Assembly: GCA_963422365.1 (NCBI GenBank)
Contig: OY729426.1
Span: forward strand, 640,001 to 704,000
Reading direction: 5' to 3'
DNA length: 64,000 nucleotides
Origin: Nitrospirales bacterium
GTDB taxonomy: Bacteria > Nitrospirota > Nitrospiria > Nitrospirales > UBA8639
This document shows, one piece after another, positions 39,654-50,363 of the stretch. The notes beneath the pieces were generated by a model that was not told the DNA's origin, searched no databases, and was given only the letters and a program-made list of their open reading frames with translations. The position numbers and the translations under genes are program-made. Numbering within the stretch: the first letter of the stretch is position 1; each line of letters starts with the position of its first letter.

Positions 39654-40712
39654 ATGCCGAAGACTCCAACACGACAAAGGCCTTTTCTCGCCATTACCAT
39701 GGGTGACGCGGCAGGGATTGGCCCTGAGGTGATTGTCAAAGCGCTGGCTTCTCCCGTTGTGTGGCGCACGTGCCGTCCGATCGTGATCGGGTCGGTTCCG
39801 ACCCTACAACGGGAAACCCGGCGTCGTTCCTCTTCCCTCACTGTTGTTCCCTTGCATGGCGATCACAGGTGGGAAGACGGGCCAGTCATTCCCAGAGGCC
39901 ATATTCCGGTTCTTGATCCTTTGAAAATTCCATTGGGCCGCGTTCGATTAGGCCAAGCCGCCCAGGGCCCCGGAGCGGCTTCGGTTGAGTTCATTAAAAC
40001 GGCTGTGCAGTTGGCCAAGACCGGCCGTGTCTCGGGAATGGTTACGGCTCCTATCAATAAAGAATCCCTTCACCTTGCAGGGCATCCATACCCCGGGCAT
40101 ACGGAACTCCTCGCCGATCTGACGGGCACAAAACGGGTCGGGATGATGGTCATGGGCGGGCCATTAAAAATTCTGTTTGTGACGACGCATCTGGCGCTCA
40201 GGGACGTTCCCCACGCCTTGACGACCCAACTCGTGTTTCAGGCCATTCGGCTCGCTCATCACGCCATGAAAGACTATTTCAAGATCCCTCAACCTCGTAT
40301 CGGCATGGCGGCCCTGAATCCGCATGCAGGCGAGCATGGGTTGTTCGGCAGCGAAGAGCAAGACTGCATTGCGCCGGCTGTTCGTCTTGCTAAACGCGCC
40401 AGCATTCAAGCCACTGCCCCTCTTCCGGCCGATACCTTGTTCGGAGCAGCTGTTCGCGGAGCGTATGACGTGGTGGTGGCCATGTATCACGATCAAGGGC
40501 TGATCCCTCTCAAAACCGTGGCGTTCGGTCGCTGTGTGAACCTCACGGTCGGATTGCCGATCATTCGCACCTCGGTCGATCATGGCACGGCCTATGATAT
40601 CGTCGGAACAGGAAGAGCCGATCCCCAAAGCCTTCTGGAAGCGATCAAGTTGGCGAGTCAACTGACCACCACCAAGGAACAGGGAACATTTCTTAATCTC
40701 AGCGGCTCTTAG
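39654..40712 (+). CDS. pdxA: 4-hydroxythreonine-4-phosphate dehydrogenase
   Basis: TMGDAAGIGPE, GHTELL, LNPHAGE, MYHDQG, RTSVDHGTA. Confidence 0.96.
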   Translation: MPKTPTRQRPFLAITMGDAAGIGPEVIVKALASPVVWRTCRPIVIGSVPTLQRETRRRSSSLTVVPLHGDHRWEDGPVIPRGHIPVLDPLKIPLGRVRLGQAAQGPGAASVEFIKTAVQLAKTGRVSGMVTAPINKESLHLAGHPYPGHTELLADLTGTKRVGMMVMGGPLKILFVTTHLALRDVPHALTTQLVFQAIRLAHHAMKDYFKIPQPRIGMAALNPHAGEHGLFGSEEQDCIAPAVRLAKRASIQATAPLPADTLFGAAVRGAYDVVVAMYHDQGLIPLKTVAFGRCVNLTVGLPIIRTSVDHGTAYDIVGTGRADPQSLLEAIKLASQLTTTKEQGTFLNLSGS

Positions 40713-40759
40713 CTCTAACCATAATACCTCACAAAGAATACTGAAATGGAGGAAGAACC

Positions 40760-40975
40760 ATGGTTCGTGAATATAAGGTCGAGGTTGTCGTCGAAGGCGT
40801 CATCGGGAGCCTCCTGTTCGGAGCCAGCAAACTCCCAGTTGAAAAGATGGAAGAACAGATGAACGAACTCGGCCAACAGGGATGGGAAGTGACCTTTATT
40901 GTCATTGAAAAGAAACGCCTGCTCCTGTTTTGGGAACGGGAAGCAGCTGTGATCACGTATTCCCGTTCTCGATAA
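40760..40975 (+). CDS. DUF4177 family small protein
   Basis: EYKV...LEQ/EEQMNELGQQGWEV pattern; SD GGAGG upstream. Confidence 0.75.
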   Translation: MVREYKVEVVVEGVIGSLLFGASKLPVEKMEEQMNELGQQGWEVTFIVIEKKRLLLFWEREAAVITYSRSR

Positions 40976-41000
40976 GACTATGGGAGGATGAAGCCTATTC

Positions 41001-42395
41001 ATGACTTCCTTCCAACCTTCTTCTGCTCGGCAAACGGCGCCCAGCCGGCTGCTGGCCCTTCAAACCCTCTTGGCCGTCGAACGCCAAAACTGCTTTGCCG
41101 ATGAGGCGTTTACCACGTTCGCCATGCATGCGAAGCTGTCACACGAAGACCAGGCCTTGGCCTTTGAGCTCGTGTATGGGGTACTCCGCCATCGGGCGAC
41201 GCTGGATTGGCGATTGAATGCGGTCTCGAGTCGTCCCGTTCATCGGCTGCCGGCAGTCCTCGCGGCCATCCTCCGTCTCGGCGTCTATCAAATGCGGTAT
41301 TTAGATCGAATCCCGGTTTCCGCTGCCGTGAACGAATCGGTCAAACTCGCCAAAGGAGTCAAAGGCCGGGACTGGCGTGGAGTGGTGAATGGCATTCTTC
41401 GAAATTTGACTCGACAGGCGGCAGTCGAATGGCCGGATATTGCTCACGACCCTGTGAACGGGTTGTCCATCACGTACTCTTGCCCGAACTGGTTGACTCA
41501 ACGCTGGATCAACCGATGGGGACTCGACCTAGCGGAAGCGATGTGCCGGCATACCGTTACCATCCCACCCCTGACGTTACGAACTAACACGCTTCGCTGT
41601 TCTCGTGACCAACTTGAAGCCAGGCTTTGCGAAGAAGGGTATACGGTTTCTCGGACGTCCATCAGCCCACAGGGACTCATCCTGGATAAATGCGGGTCGT
41701 TACAGACCTTGTCCGTGTTAAAGGAGGGTTGGTGTTATGTAGAGGATGAAGCGGCTCAGTTAGTTCCTCTGCTGTTGGATGCCAAGCCTGGGCACCGTGT
41801 GTTGGATGCGTGTGCAGCCCCTGGAGGAAAATGCTCACATATTGCGGCGTTACTGCAGAATCAGGGGGAGATCGTGGCAACCGATCGAGAGCCCCAGCGT
41901 CTGAAACGCTTGGAATCGAATCTGCATACTCTGAGGATCACGTGTGTGAAAACAGTCATGATCTCCCACGAGGCTACCCCTGCATCCTCATCGTTTCGTG
42001 ACACCTGGGTTCAGGAGGGGTTTGATCGGATTCTGGTTGATGCGCCCTGTTCAGGGTTAGGGGTACTCCGTCGCCATCCCGAAGCGAAATGGCAAAAAAC
42101 TTCCTCACAACTCGATTGGCATGGGGAACGCCAATTGGGCATCTTAGGACAGGCGTCTCCTCACTTGAGACGAGGTGGAGTCTTGGTCTATAGTGCTTGC
42201 TCAACGGAGCCTGAGGAAACCACCCAAGTCGTTTCGCGTTTTTGTCAAGACCATCCAGAATTTTGCCATGAATCATCGGCGAGCTGGCTCCCTCCGCATG
42301 CTCACTCCCTCACGAACCCGGACGGAGATTTCCTCACAGTCGGTTCCCGTTACAATATGGACGGGTTTTTTGCTGCACGACTTCGGCGAACGTAA
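41001..42395 (+). CDS. rsmB: 16S rRNA m5C967 methyltransferase
   Basis: N-terminal NusB-like domain, DACAAPGGK, DAPCSGLG, YSACS, DGFFAA. Confidence 0.93.
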   Translation: MTSFQPSSARQTAPSRLLALQTLLAVERQNCFADEAFTTFAMHAKLSHEDQALAFELVYGVLRHRATLDWRLNAVSSRPVHRLPAVLAAILRLGVYQMRYLDRIPVSAAVNESVKLAKGVKGRDWRGVVNGILRNLTRQAAVEWPDIAHDPVNGLSITYSCPNWLTQRWINRWGLDLAEAMCRHTVTIPPLTLRTNTLRCSRDQLEARLCEEGYTVSRTSISPQGLILDKCGSLQTLSVLKEGWCYVEDEAAQLVPLLLDAKPGHRVLDACAAPGGKCSHIAALLQNQGEIVATDREPQRLKRLESNLHTLRITCVKTVMISHEATPASSSFRDTWVQEGFDRILVDAPCSGLGVLRRHPEAKWQKTSSQLDWHGERQLGILGQASPHLRRGGVLVYSACSTEPEETTQVVSRFCQDHPEFCHESSASWLPPHAHSLTNPDGDFLTVGSRYNMDGFFAARLRRT

Positions 42396-42398
42396 AAG

Positions 42399-43079
42399 AT
42401 GAGTCCCTCAACCGTCACAATCGCTCCTTCGATTCTCTCCGCTGATTTTGCGCATCTGGCCGACGAGGTCGCCGCCGTGGAAGCTGCGGGAGCCGACCTG
42501 CTTCACGTGGATGTGATGGACGGGCATTTTGTGCCCAACCTGACGATCGGCCCTCCCATTGTCGAATCGCTTCGAAAGGTGACCTCCCTCCCCCTCGACG
42601 TCCATCTCATGGTGACGAATCCAGATACCTCTATTGCCGATTTTGCCCAAGCCGGAGCCAAGTATCTCACCGTGCATACGGAAACCTGCCCCCATTTGCA
42701 CCGCACCATTCAATGCGTCAAAGAGCATGGGGTCAAGGCAGGGGTCACGCTCAACCCTTCGACCTCCTTGAGCGCCATTGAAGAAGTCATCGCGGATGTC
42801 GATCTGGTGCTGATCATGTCGGTCAACCCAGGGTTCGGAGGACAAATCTTTATCCCTGCCTGTTTAGATAAAATACGTCGGGCCAGAGAGCTCATTGATC
42901 GTACCGAAAGCCAGGCCTTACTTGAAGTGGATGGCGGAATCAAAGTCGATAACGCCGCTGCCGTTCTCAAAGCCGGGGCCGATGTCTTAGTCGCGGGGTC
43001 AGCGATTTTTCATAGCCCGAATTATTCAGATACGATTTCCGCGTTCCGCACCATTGCCCACGATCTTCCATCTCGGTAA
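42399..43079 (+). CDS. rpe: Ribulose-phosphate 3-epimerase
   Basis: [38 protein letters not shown]. Confidence 0.97.
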   Translation: MSPSTVTIAPSILSADFAHLADEVAAVEAAGADLLHVDVMDGHFVPNLTIGPPIVESLRKVTSLPLDVHLMVTNPDTSIADFAQAGAKYLTVHTETCPHLHRTIQCVKEHGVKAGVTLNPSTSLSAIEEVIADVDLVLIMSVNPGFGGQIFIPACLDKIRRARELIDRTESQALLEVDGGIKVDNAAAVLKAGADVLVAGSAIFHSPNYSDTISAFRTIAHDLPSR

Positions 43080-43083
43080 TCCC

Positions 43084-44646
43084 ATGCAGACCACGGCTGT
43101 GTATGACAGTTTGCACCCTCTTGAAATCAACCTGCTCGCAGCTTTTGATCAATCTGACGACAAGCCGGTCTCTGATTCGTCATTACACGAAATCTCGCAA
43201 CTGGAGCCTTCTCAAGTCAGCATGGCCTTGGGGTGGCTTCAAGCAAAAAAGTTGGTCTGCATCCATTCTGAAATCAGCATGGCCTGGGTAGGGTTGACGG
43301 AGGTAGGGCGGCGGTATCTGGCAACCGGTTCTCCACTTGAGTGGATCGTCAAGACTTGTCGGCAAGGAGCTGAAGAAGGGCACTCGTTCACCGTGAAAGA
43401 TTTACAGGGCCTGGGTACGTTTCCCCCCACGGAACTCAGTCGAGCCATTGGTCTTCTCAAAAAAGAAGGCGCCATCTCCTTAGGGGCCGGAGGCCATGTT
43501 GAAACCACTGATACGCCAAGTCCCACTCTTGAGAAGCTCCAACATCTCCTTCACCAGTTACAGGAGCGCCGTCAAGCGCTATTGTCCTTTTCGCCGGACC
43601 AACAAATGCTTTTACGCCAGTACTCGGTGAAACGGGGAAGTGCTCAGGAGCCGTTTCGTATTGAGGAACACATTCAACGCGAATACACCACGACAAAAAC
43701 GGGGAAGGCGGTGGCGAAACGCTGTCCCGCGGGCGCAGCGGAAGAAGTCTCGCAACTGACGCCTGATATGCTCAAGGATGGCTCATGGCGCAGCAAGTGT
43801 TTCCGGAAATATACCATTACCCTGAGACCGCCACGGGTCGCTCCAGGACGGAGGCATCCGTACAGAGAATTTCTTGATCTGGTCAAACACAAATTGGTCA
43901 GTATGGGATTTCAGGAAATGCGAGGCCCCTTGGTCGAAACCGAATTTTGGGACATGGATGCCCTGTATATGCCCCAGTTCCATCCGGCTCGGGCCATTCA
44001 CGACGTGTACTTTGTGAAAACGCCGACCCATGCGGATGCAATCGCCGAACCGTTTCTTTCTCAAGTGGCTGCTACCCATGAGCATGGCGGACCCACCGGT
44101 TCAAGCGGTTGGGGTTATCACTATGATAAAGAGCGGGCCCGTCGTTTGATTTTGCGAAGCCAGGGCACGGCCGTTTCGGCTCGAACCCTGGCTTCGAATC
44201 CCCTGGTACCAGGAAAATATTTTTCCATGGCACGGTGTTTTCGTTATGACCAAGTCGATGCGACGCATGCCACGGACTTTTTTCAGGTCGAAGGGATTGT
44301 GCTGGGCGAAGAGATTAATTTTCGAACGCTGCTTGGCCTGCTAACCCTGTTTGCCAAAGAAATGGCGCAAGCTCAGGAGAACAAGTTTTTCCCGGCCTAT
44401 TTTCCTTTTACGGAACCATCCGTGGAACTGCACGTCCGTCATCCGAAACTCGGATGGATGGAATTAGGGGGCGCGGGCTTGTTTCGGCCGGAAGTGACCC
44501 AACCCCTTGGGGTCACGGTCCCGGTGGTGGCGTGGGGATTGGGTCTGGATCGAATGGCCATGGTGGCGCTAGGGGTTCATGATATTCGCGAACTCTTTTC
44601 CGTCGACCTTGAAAAAATTCGCACCCTGCACGGACGGTTTGCTTAA
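43084..44646 (+). CDS. pheS: Phenylalanine-tRNA ligase alpha subunit (long archaeal/eukaryote type)
   Basis: About 520 aa with N-terminal extension; FWDMDALYMPQFHPAR, FRYDQVDATH, YFPFTEPS, WGLGLDR. Confidence 0.93.
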   Translation: MQTTAVYDSLHPLEINLLAAFDQSDDKPVSDSSLHEISQLEPSQVSMALGWLQAKKLVCIHSEISMAWVGLTEVGRRYLATGSPLEWIVKTCRQGAEEGHSFTVKDLQGLGTFPPTELSRAIGLLKKEGAISLGAGGHVETTDTPSPTLEKLQHLLHQLQERRQALLSFSPDQQMLLRQYSVKRGSAQEPFRIEEHIQREYTTTKTGKAVAKRCPAGAAEEVSQLTPDMLKDGSWRSKCFRKYTITLRPPRVAPGRRHPYREFLDLVKHKLVSMGFQEMRGPLVETEFWDMDALYMPQFHPARAIHDVYFVKTPTHADAIAEPFLSQVAATHEHGGPTGSSGWGYHYDKERARRLILRSQGTAVSARTLASNPLVPGKYFSMARCFRYDQVDATHATDFFQVEGIVLGEEINFRTLLGLLTLFAKEMAQAQENKFFPAYFPFTEPSVELHVRHPKLGWMELGGAGLFRPEVTQPLGVTVPVVAWGLGLDRMAMVALGVHDIRELFSVDLEKIRTLHGRFA

Positions 44647-44741
44647 GTGTTGTCAATCGTATTTGCAAAACGAAGCCCCCTTGCAGGTTTGCAGCCTGCA
44701 CAGCAAGGCATGAAAATGGCATACTTTTGTCATCCTAGCAG

Positions 44742-44853
44742 TTCCCTGTCGGTCATTCCCGACGTTTGTAATCGGGAATCCAATCCGAGGCACCGAGGAC
44801 AAGAGGAAAACCCTGTATTCCCGCTAACAGCCGACGGGAATGACCGAAGGGAA
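44742..44853. repeat. GTCATTCCCG...CGGGAATCC / ...CGGGAATGAC REP-like doublet between pheS and pheT
   Basis: Two ATTCCCG-N11-CGGGAAT hairpins in inverted arrangement with complementary outer ends. Confidence 0.75.
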
Positions 44854-44882
44854 AACCCTAGTCTTTCCTGAGTGATGACGTT

Positions 44883-46586
44883 ATGCCCACGATTTCTTTT
44901 TTTCAAAAAGATTTAGAACGGCTTCTCGGTCAAGCAGCTCCGCTTGAGCAATTGGAGTCGTGGTTACCGTTGGTCAAAGGAGAATTAAAAGACTGTACCC
45001 ACGCCACCGGTGAAATTCGGCTTGAGCTTCAGGATAGCAACCGACCGGATCTGTGGAGCGTGGAAGGGATTGCTCGACAGATTCGGATCAAGTTACAAGG
45101 GTCGCCACTTGCCTATCCCTTTTTTGATACCAAGACTCGCCCCAAACGGCACATGCTGGTGGCCAAGGGACTCGAACGGGTTCGACCGTATGTTGCGGCA
45201 TGTACGGCCACGGGGTACACCGTCACCGAGGAAGGCTTGGCGCAACTCATTCAGGCGCAGGAGAAACTTGCCGATCTGTATGGACACAAACGAAAAACCG
45301 TCTCGGTGGGAGTGTATCGCCTTTCCCAGATTCAGTTTCCGGTGACCTATGGATTGGTGAAACCCTCTGAAGCCCGATTCACGCCACTTGGGTTTTCCGA
45401 AAAACTGACTCTTCAAGATATCCTCACGGTTCATCCTAAAGGCATTGAGTACGGCTCCATTCTCGCCGACCAGCCTCTGCTGCCCTTACTGTGGGATACA
45501 GAAGGCCAAATTTTATCCTTTCCTCCTATCATTAATAGCCAGGACATCGGGCAAGTCCACATCGGCGATTCAGCCTTGTTGGTGGAAGTGACAGGCACGG
45601 ATATGCGAATGGTCCTCCTAACCCTCAACATTTTTGCCACGAATTTAGCCGACCGGGGCGCGGCCATTGACCCTATAGACATTCAGTATCCGTATGACAC
45701 GGAGTGGGGAAAGTCGATCAGAACCCCTTGCGACATCAGCGATATGCAGCAAATTTCTCTGAAAGCCATTGAATCCGCCCTCGGACTGCCCATCGACATG
45801 GACCTCGTTCAACAAACCTTGCGGGCGTATGGGTATGAAGTCAAAACGAGTCGAAAGACGCTCGCGGTGCGGTTACCGCACTATCGAAGCGACTTCATGC
45901 ATCCGGTGGACGTGGCAGAAGACGTGGCAATCAGTCTAGGGTATGACTCGTTTGTGCCGGCGATGCCGGCCCAATTCACCGTAGGCTCGTTATCTCCTCT
46001 AGAAAGGACATCCGATTATATCCGCGATCACATGATCGGGCAGGGGTTCCAGGAAATCTTTTCCAATATTTTGCTGTCTCACGAGGAGCTTGTGGAACGG
46101 ATGAGACTGACCGCCTCAGACCACGATCACGTCGTGGAAGTGGATAACGTCATGTCACAGAGTTTTTCATGTCTCCGCTCCTGGATTGTGCCTTCGCTGT
46201 TGCGCGTGGAGACGGCCTCGCCTCATGCGTTTTACCCTCATCGGCTTTTTGAAATCGGTGAAGTCGCGATTCCTGATTTGAGTCAGGAACTCGGGTCACG
46301 AACGGCGATTCGCATGGGGATCGTCATTGCCCATCCCCATGCGAACTTTTCTGAAGTGCATACCTGCCTGGATGTGCTGATGTTTTATGTCGTAAAAGAC
46401 TATGAACTCGAGCCTCTGAATCACGGATCCTTCCTCGACGGACGAGTCGGACGCATTCTCTGCCAAGGGCAATCCAGAGGATTGATTGGCGAATTGCATC
46501 CGGAAGTCCTGGAGAACTGGGGCATCTCCGTACCCATCTCGGTGTGTGAACTTGACGTGGACTGGCTGTGTACCGACAGTCCGTAA
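44883..46586 (+). CDS. pheT: Phenylalanine-tRNA ligase beta subunit (short archaeal/eukaryote type)
   Basis: 567 aa; MPTI start, NRPDLWSVEG, LSFPPIINS, YRSDFMHPVDVAEDVAI, GELHPEVL; no obvious B2 OB or B8 domain. Confidence 0.92.
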   Translation: MPTISFFQKDLERLLGQAAPLEQLESWLPLVKGELKDCTHATGEIRLELQDSNRPDLWSVEGIARQIRIKLQGSPLAYPFFDTKTRPKRHMLVAKGLERVRPYVAACTATGYTVTEEGLAQLIQAQEKLADLYGHKRKTVSVGVYRLSQIQFPVTYGLVKPSEARFTPLGFSEKLTLQDILTVHPKGIEYGSILADQPLLPLLWDTEGQILSFPPIINSQDIGQVHIGDSALLVEVTGTDMRMVLLTLNIFATNLADRGAAIDPIDIQYPYDTEWGKSIRTPCDISDMQQISLKAIESALGLPIDMDLVQQTLRAYGYEVKTSRKTLAVRLPHYRSDFMHPVDVAEDVAISLGYDSFVPAMPAQFTVGSLSPLERTSDYIRDHMIGQGFQEIFSNILLSHEELVERMRLTASDHDHVVEVDNVMSQSFSCLRSWIVPSLLRVETASPHAFYPHRLFEIGEVAIPDLSQELGSRTAIRMGIVIAHPHANFSEVHTCLDVLMFYVVKDYELEPLNHGSFLDGRVGRILCQGQSRGLIGELHPEVLENWGISVPISVCELDVDWLCTDSP

Positions 46587-46646
46587 CCAGGCACAGGGTG
46601 AGAAGCAGGCAGGAGTACTCATACCCTTCCCCGCGTATAGAACGGG

Positions 46647-47000
46647 TTATGCCGAGGCTTTTGCCAGCTCCGTCAGAGACTGAAACCCGGCTGGATCATG
46701 AATGGCCATCTCCGACAACATCTTCCGATTCAAGGCCACATTGGCTTTGGTCAACTCATGGATAAACCGGCTGTACGATAACCCGTGTACTTTGACCGCC
46801 GCCGAGATTCTGGCAATCCACAGTCGTCGAAAATCTCTTTTTCGATGTCGTCGGCCAATGTACGCGTAGACCTGGCCTTTATCGACTGATTCCGTCGCCG
46901 TCCGAAATAGTTTGCTTTTCGCCCCATACTGCCCTTTGGCTAATTTCAACCGTTTCTTTCTACGGCGGCGAGTTTGAGGGCCTCCTTTGACACGTGGCAT
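46647..47000 (-). CDS. rplT: 50S ribosomal protein L20
   Basis: [29 protein letters not shown]. Confidence 0.98.
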   Translation of the reverse strand: MPRVKGGPQTRRRRKKRLKLAKGQYGAKSKLFRTATESVDKGQVYAYIGRRHRKRDFRRLWIARISAAVKVHGLSYSRFIHELTKANVALNRKMLSEMAIHDPAGFQSLTELAKASA

Positions 47001-47156
47001 GACCTAGCACCCCTTCGTTTTCAGGATGGTGAAAATAATCTCCCCCCTATTCAGGGGCCTTGCTTTGTGGCCTTGTTGAGCCACCGCTCTTGGAGAACGT
47101 ACCGTGACTGCTCGTCTAACGAAATGTTTGTGGTTCAGGGGTTTGCGTGTTCAAAA

Positions 47157-47360
47157 TCAGGCATAGGGTAAGAGTCTGGCCAGCGAAGCCTGATCTGATT
47201 CCGCGACCACCACCGTATCGTTCAGACGACTTTTCCGTTTGGCGTTTTTCGTGGTCAGGATATGTCGCAATCCCGCCTTTCGCCTCATGAACTTTCCGCT
47301 TCCCGTGCGTTTAAAACGTTTAGCGGCTCCCGAATGACTTTTTAACTTCATGCGTGCCAT
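47157..47360 (-). CDS. rpmI: 50S ribosomal protein L35
   Basis: [25 protein letters not shown]. Confidence 0.97.
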   Translation of the reverse strand: MARMKLKSHSGAAKRFKRTGSGKFMRRKAGLRHILTTKNAKRKSRLNDTVVVAESDQASLARLLPYA

Positions 47361-47372
47361 GTGCTCTTTCCC

Positions 47373-47894
47373 CTAATTTTTCGGTGCGACAATCATAAAC
47401 AGATTACGCCCTTCCATTCTGGGTTCCATTTCAACCGTTCCCGCATCCTTGATCTCTTCCCGAATTTTTCCCATCGCCGACCGACCCAGCTCTTGCTTCG
47501 CCATTTCTCGCCCTCGAAACATGACCGTCACTTTGGTTTTGTTCCCCTCTGCTAAGAAGTCGACTATTCGGCGAATTTTGGTCTCGAGGTCATGCTTGTC
47601 CGTTCGCGGACGAAGTTTAATCTCCTTGACCTGCGTCGACTTTTGATGTTGACGCGTTTTGTGTTCTTTCTTGCTCTGCTCATACTTAAATTTTCCATAA
47701 TCCATAATCCGGCAGACCGGAGGCGTGCTGGTTTGGGCGACTTCCACCAAATCATACCCTCCCTCATTGGCCTGCTTGAGCGCATCCGTCGTCTTCAGGA
47801 TCCCCAGTTGCTCCCCTTCTGGGCCGATGACCCGGACTTCGGGAACTCGAATCAGGTGATTCACCCGATGTTTGGCGGCGACCGGTCTACTCAT
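47373..47894 (-). CDS. infC: Translation initiation factor IF-3
   Basis: DLVEVA, PPVCRIMDYGKFKYE, KEIKLRP, FRGRE. Confidence 0.97.
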   Translation of the reverse strand: MSRPVAAKHRVNHLIRVPEVRVIGPEGEQLGILKTTDALKQANEGGYDLVEVAQTSTPPVCRIMDYGKFKYEQSKKEHKTRQHQKSTQVKEIKLRPRTDKHDLETKIRRIVDFLAEGNKTKVTVMFRGREMAKQELGRSAMGKIREEIKDAGTVEMEPRMEGRNLFMIVAPKN

Positions 47895-49864
47895 TCGTGA
47901 CTCGATGAACCGGTCAATTGTTCCGATGGCATATCTTGTTGAATCAGATCCAGTACCTCTGTGATGAGCAGCGTCCCGACGTTCGTCCCACTGCGTTTTC
48001 GGACTGAGACCGCCTTCGCCTCCCGTTCCCGGTCTCCCACGACGAGCATGTAGGGAATTTTGGCTTTTTCGGCTTCGCGGATTTTGAGCCCAACTTTTTC
48101 ATTTCGCAAGTCTATCGCGACTCGCAGTCCGGCGGTCGCTAAGTGATCCCGGACATGCGCGGCATAATCCGTTTGTTTGTCGGTAATGGGAAGCACGATG
48201 GCTTGGACGGGTGCCAGCCACGTCGGAAAGGCCCCGGCATAGTGTTCAACTAAAATGCCAAAAAACCGTTCAATGGATCCCAGCAGCGCCCGATGAATCA
48301 TGATCGGTTGGTGCGCCGCGCCATCCTCCCCGATGTAGGACAACCCAAACTGCTCGGGATTATTAAAGTCAATTTGAACCGTTGAGCATTGCCAGGCTCT
48401 CCCCAACGCGTCATGGATTTTCAGATCAATTTTCGGTCCGTAAAACACCCCTTCGCCAGAATCAATGTCATAGGGAAACCCGCTTCCTTTCAGAGCGGCT
48501 TCGAGGGCCTTCGTGGCTTGGTCCCATTTTTCCAAGGCACCGACGGCTTTTTCCGGTCGCGTGGAAAGATACAACGCAAACTCCGTAAACCCAAAACGCC
48601 GGAGGACAAACATCGTGAAATCGAGGACTGTTCTGACTTCGGATTCTATTTGGTCCGGACGGCAGAAGATATGCGCATCATCTTGTGTGAATCCTCGAAC
48701 CCGCATCAGTCCATGCAGCACCCCTGAGCGCTCGTATCGATAGACCGTGCCCAATTCACCATAGCGAATGGGAAGTTCCCGATAGCTGCGTAAATGAGAC
48801 TTGTACACCATGATATGGAACGGACAATTCATGGGTTTTAATTGGTACTCACCGGCATCGACGGTCATGGGCGCGAACATGTTCTCTTTGTAATAGTCCA
48901 CGTGCCCGCTGGTTTTCCACAACCCCAACCGAGCGACGTGGGGAGAATAGACCAGTTCATAGCCGTGCTTCACGTGGCTGTCGCGCCAAAAAGTTTCTAT
49001 CAATGACCGAACCAGCGCGCCCTTGGGATGCCAGAGGATCAAGCCCGGCCCGGTTTCCTCCGGACTGCTAAAGAGATCCAGTTCCTTGCCGAGTTTCCGA
49101 TGATCGCGACGTTTAATTTCTTCAAGCTTCCGGATATGCGCATCCAGTTCTATTTGGGTTGGAAACGAGGTCCCATAAATTCGCTGAAGCATGGGATTGC
49201 GTTCATCCCCTCGCCAATACGCTCCGGCGGCGTTTAACAACTTGAAGGCTTTCACTTGACCGGTCGCACTCACGTGCGGTCCTCGACACAAGTCGATGAA
49301 ATCGCCTTGTTGGTAGAGAGAGACGGCTTTATCCTCGATCTGCTGAAGAATTTCGACTTTAAATCTTTCCCCTTGTTCTCGAAACAGCTTGATCGCGTCC
49401 TCTTTCGACATCTCAAGGCGTTGCACAGGATAATTCTTCTGAATAATCTCATGTGCGCGTGCCTCGATTTTCTCGAGATCGTCCGGCGTGAACGGCCGGT
49501 CAAAGGAAAAGTCGTAATAAAAGCCTTCGTGAATGGCCGGTCCGATCGTAAGATTGGCGGAAGGAAACACGTCTTTCACAGCTTGCGCCATAATATGGGT
49601 GCTGCTGTGTCGATAAATTTCCTTCCCGTCATCGGACGTAAAGGTCACAGGCTCCAGCGTGGCGCTCTTTGTCAGAGGCGCACTCAAGTCACGGGGTTCG
49701 CCCTCAACCCTAACAGCAAACACCTCCGGTGGAAGAGGCCCCGTCATATCCGTCAACACCTCACGCGCCGTAACGCCGGTCCGGAAGGTTTTCGTGCCGG
49801 TTCCCCGTAACGAAATCTCGATGCGTTCACCCTGGGCTTTTTCAGTTTCGACGGAAACAGACAC
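47891..49864 (-). CDS. thrS: Threonine-tRNA ligase
   Basis: DLCRGPH, RDHRKLGKEL, KPMNCPFH, YRYERSGVLHGLMRVRGFTQDDAH, FYGPKID. Confidence 0.98.
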   Translation of the reverse strand: MSVSVETEKAQGERIEISLRGTGTKTFRTGVTAREVLTDMTGPLPPEVFAVRVEGEPRDLSAPLTKSATLEPVTFTSDDGKEIYRHSSTHIMAQAVKDVFPSANLTIGPAIHEGFYYDFSFDRPFTPDDLEKIEARAHEIIQKNYPVQRLEMSKEDAIKLFREQGERFKVEILQQIEDKAVSLYQQGDFIDLCRGPHVSATGQVKAFKLLNAAGAYWRGDERNPMLQRIYGTSFPTQIELDAHIRKLEEIKRRDHRKLGKELDLFSSPEETGPGLILWHPKGALVRSLIETFWRDSHVKHGYELVYSPHVARLGLWKTSGHVDYYKENMFAPMTVDAGEYQLKPMNCPFHIMVYKSHLRSYRELPIRYGELGTVYRYERSGVLHGLMRVRGFTQDDAHIFCRPDQIESEVRTVLDFTMFVLRRFGFTEFALYLSTRPEKAVGALEKWDQATKALEAALKGSGFPYDIDSGEGVFYGPKIDLKIHDALGRAWQCSTVQIDFNNPEQFGLSYIGEDGAAHQPIMIHRALLGSIERFFGILVEHYAGAFPTWLAPVQAIVLPITDKQTDYAAHVRDHLATAGLRVAIDLRNEKVGLKIREAEKAKIPYMLVVGDREREAKAVSVRKRSGTNVGTLLITEVLDLIQQDMPSEQLTGSSSHE

Positions 49865-49878
49865 GCTTCTGCTCCTCT

Positions 49879-49910
49879 GTCATTCCCGCTGTCTGTTAGC
49901 GGGAATCCAG
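49879..49910. repeat. Single GTCATTCCCG...CGGGAATCCA REP-like unit upstream of thrS
   Basis: Same family as 44742-44853 and 61811-61841. Confidence 0.7.
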
Positions 49911-49970
49911 TTTTTTGCTTCGATAGAAACGAACATGCTCCTGCATCTCCCACAATCACCTGAACAATCA

Positions 49971-50045
49971 TGGTAGGCGCGGGCGGTATTGAACCGCCGA
50001 CCTCTACCGTGTCAAGGTAGCGCTCTCCCCCTGAGCTACGCGCCT
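49971..50045 (-). tRNA. tRNA-Val (GAC)
   Basis: AGGCGCG acceptor...CGCGCCT-A-CCA; anticodon arm CTACC-TTGACAC-GGTAG. Confidence 0.95.
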
Positions 50046-50363
50046 ATCACAAACGAAATATGGTAGAGGAGCTTATCGCACCCTGTCAAGAAATTCAGAG
50101 TTCCACAATAGAAAGCCGAAAAATATAAATATAAAGAGCCTTGTTTGTATAATGGATTTGCAGAAATCTAAACGCTCGCCCCAATTAGTGAGACAAGCAA
50201 GGCTGACCATGAACATGCCATTTCGACTGAAAACCACCTTGGCATGGCCGGCAATGGACGCTGAAACTGACCAAACCGCACAAGCCGTGATATGTCTATA
50301 TTATTATTAGTCAATACTATTTTGTATAGTCATTGATTTTAGTAATACAGCAGGAGGGGCTCC

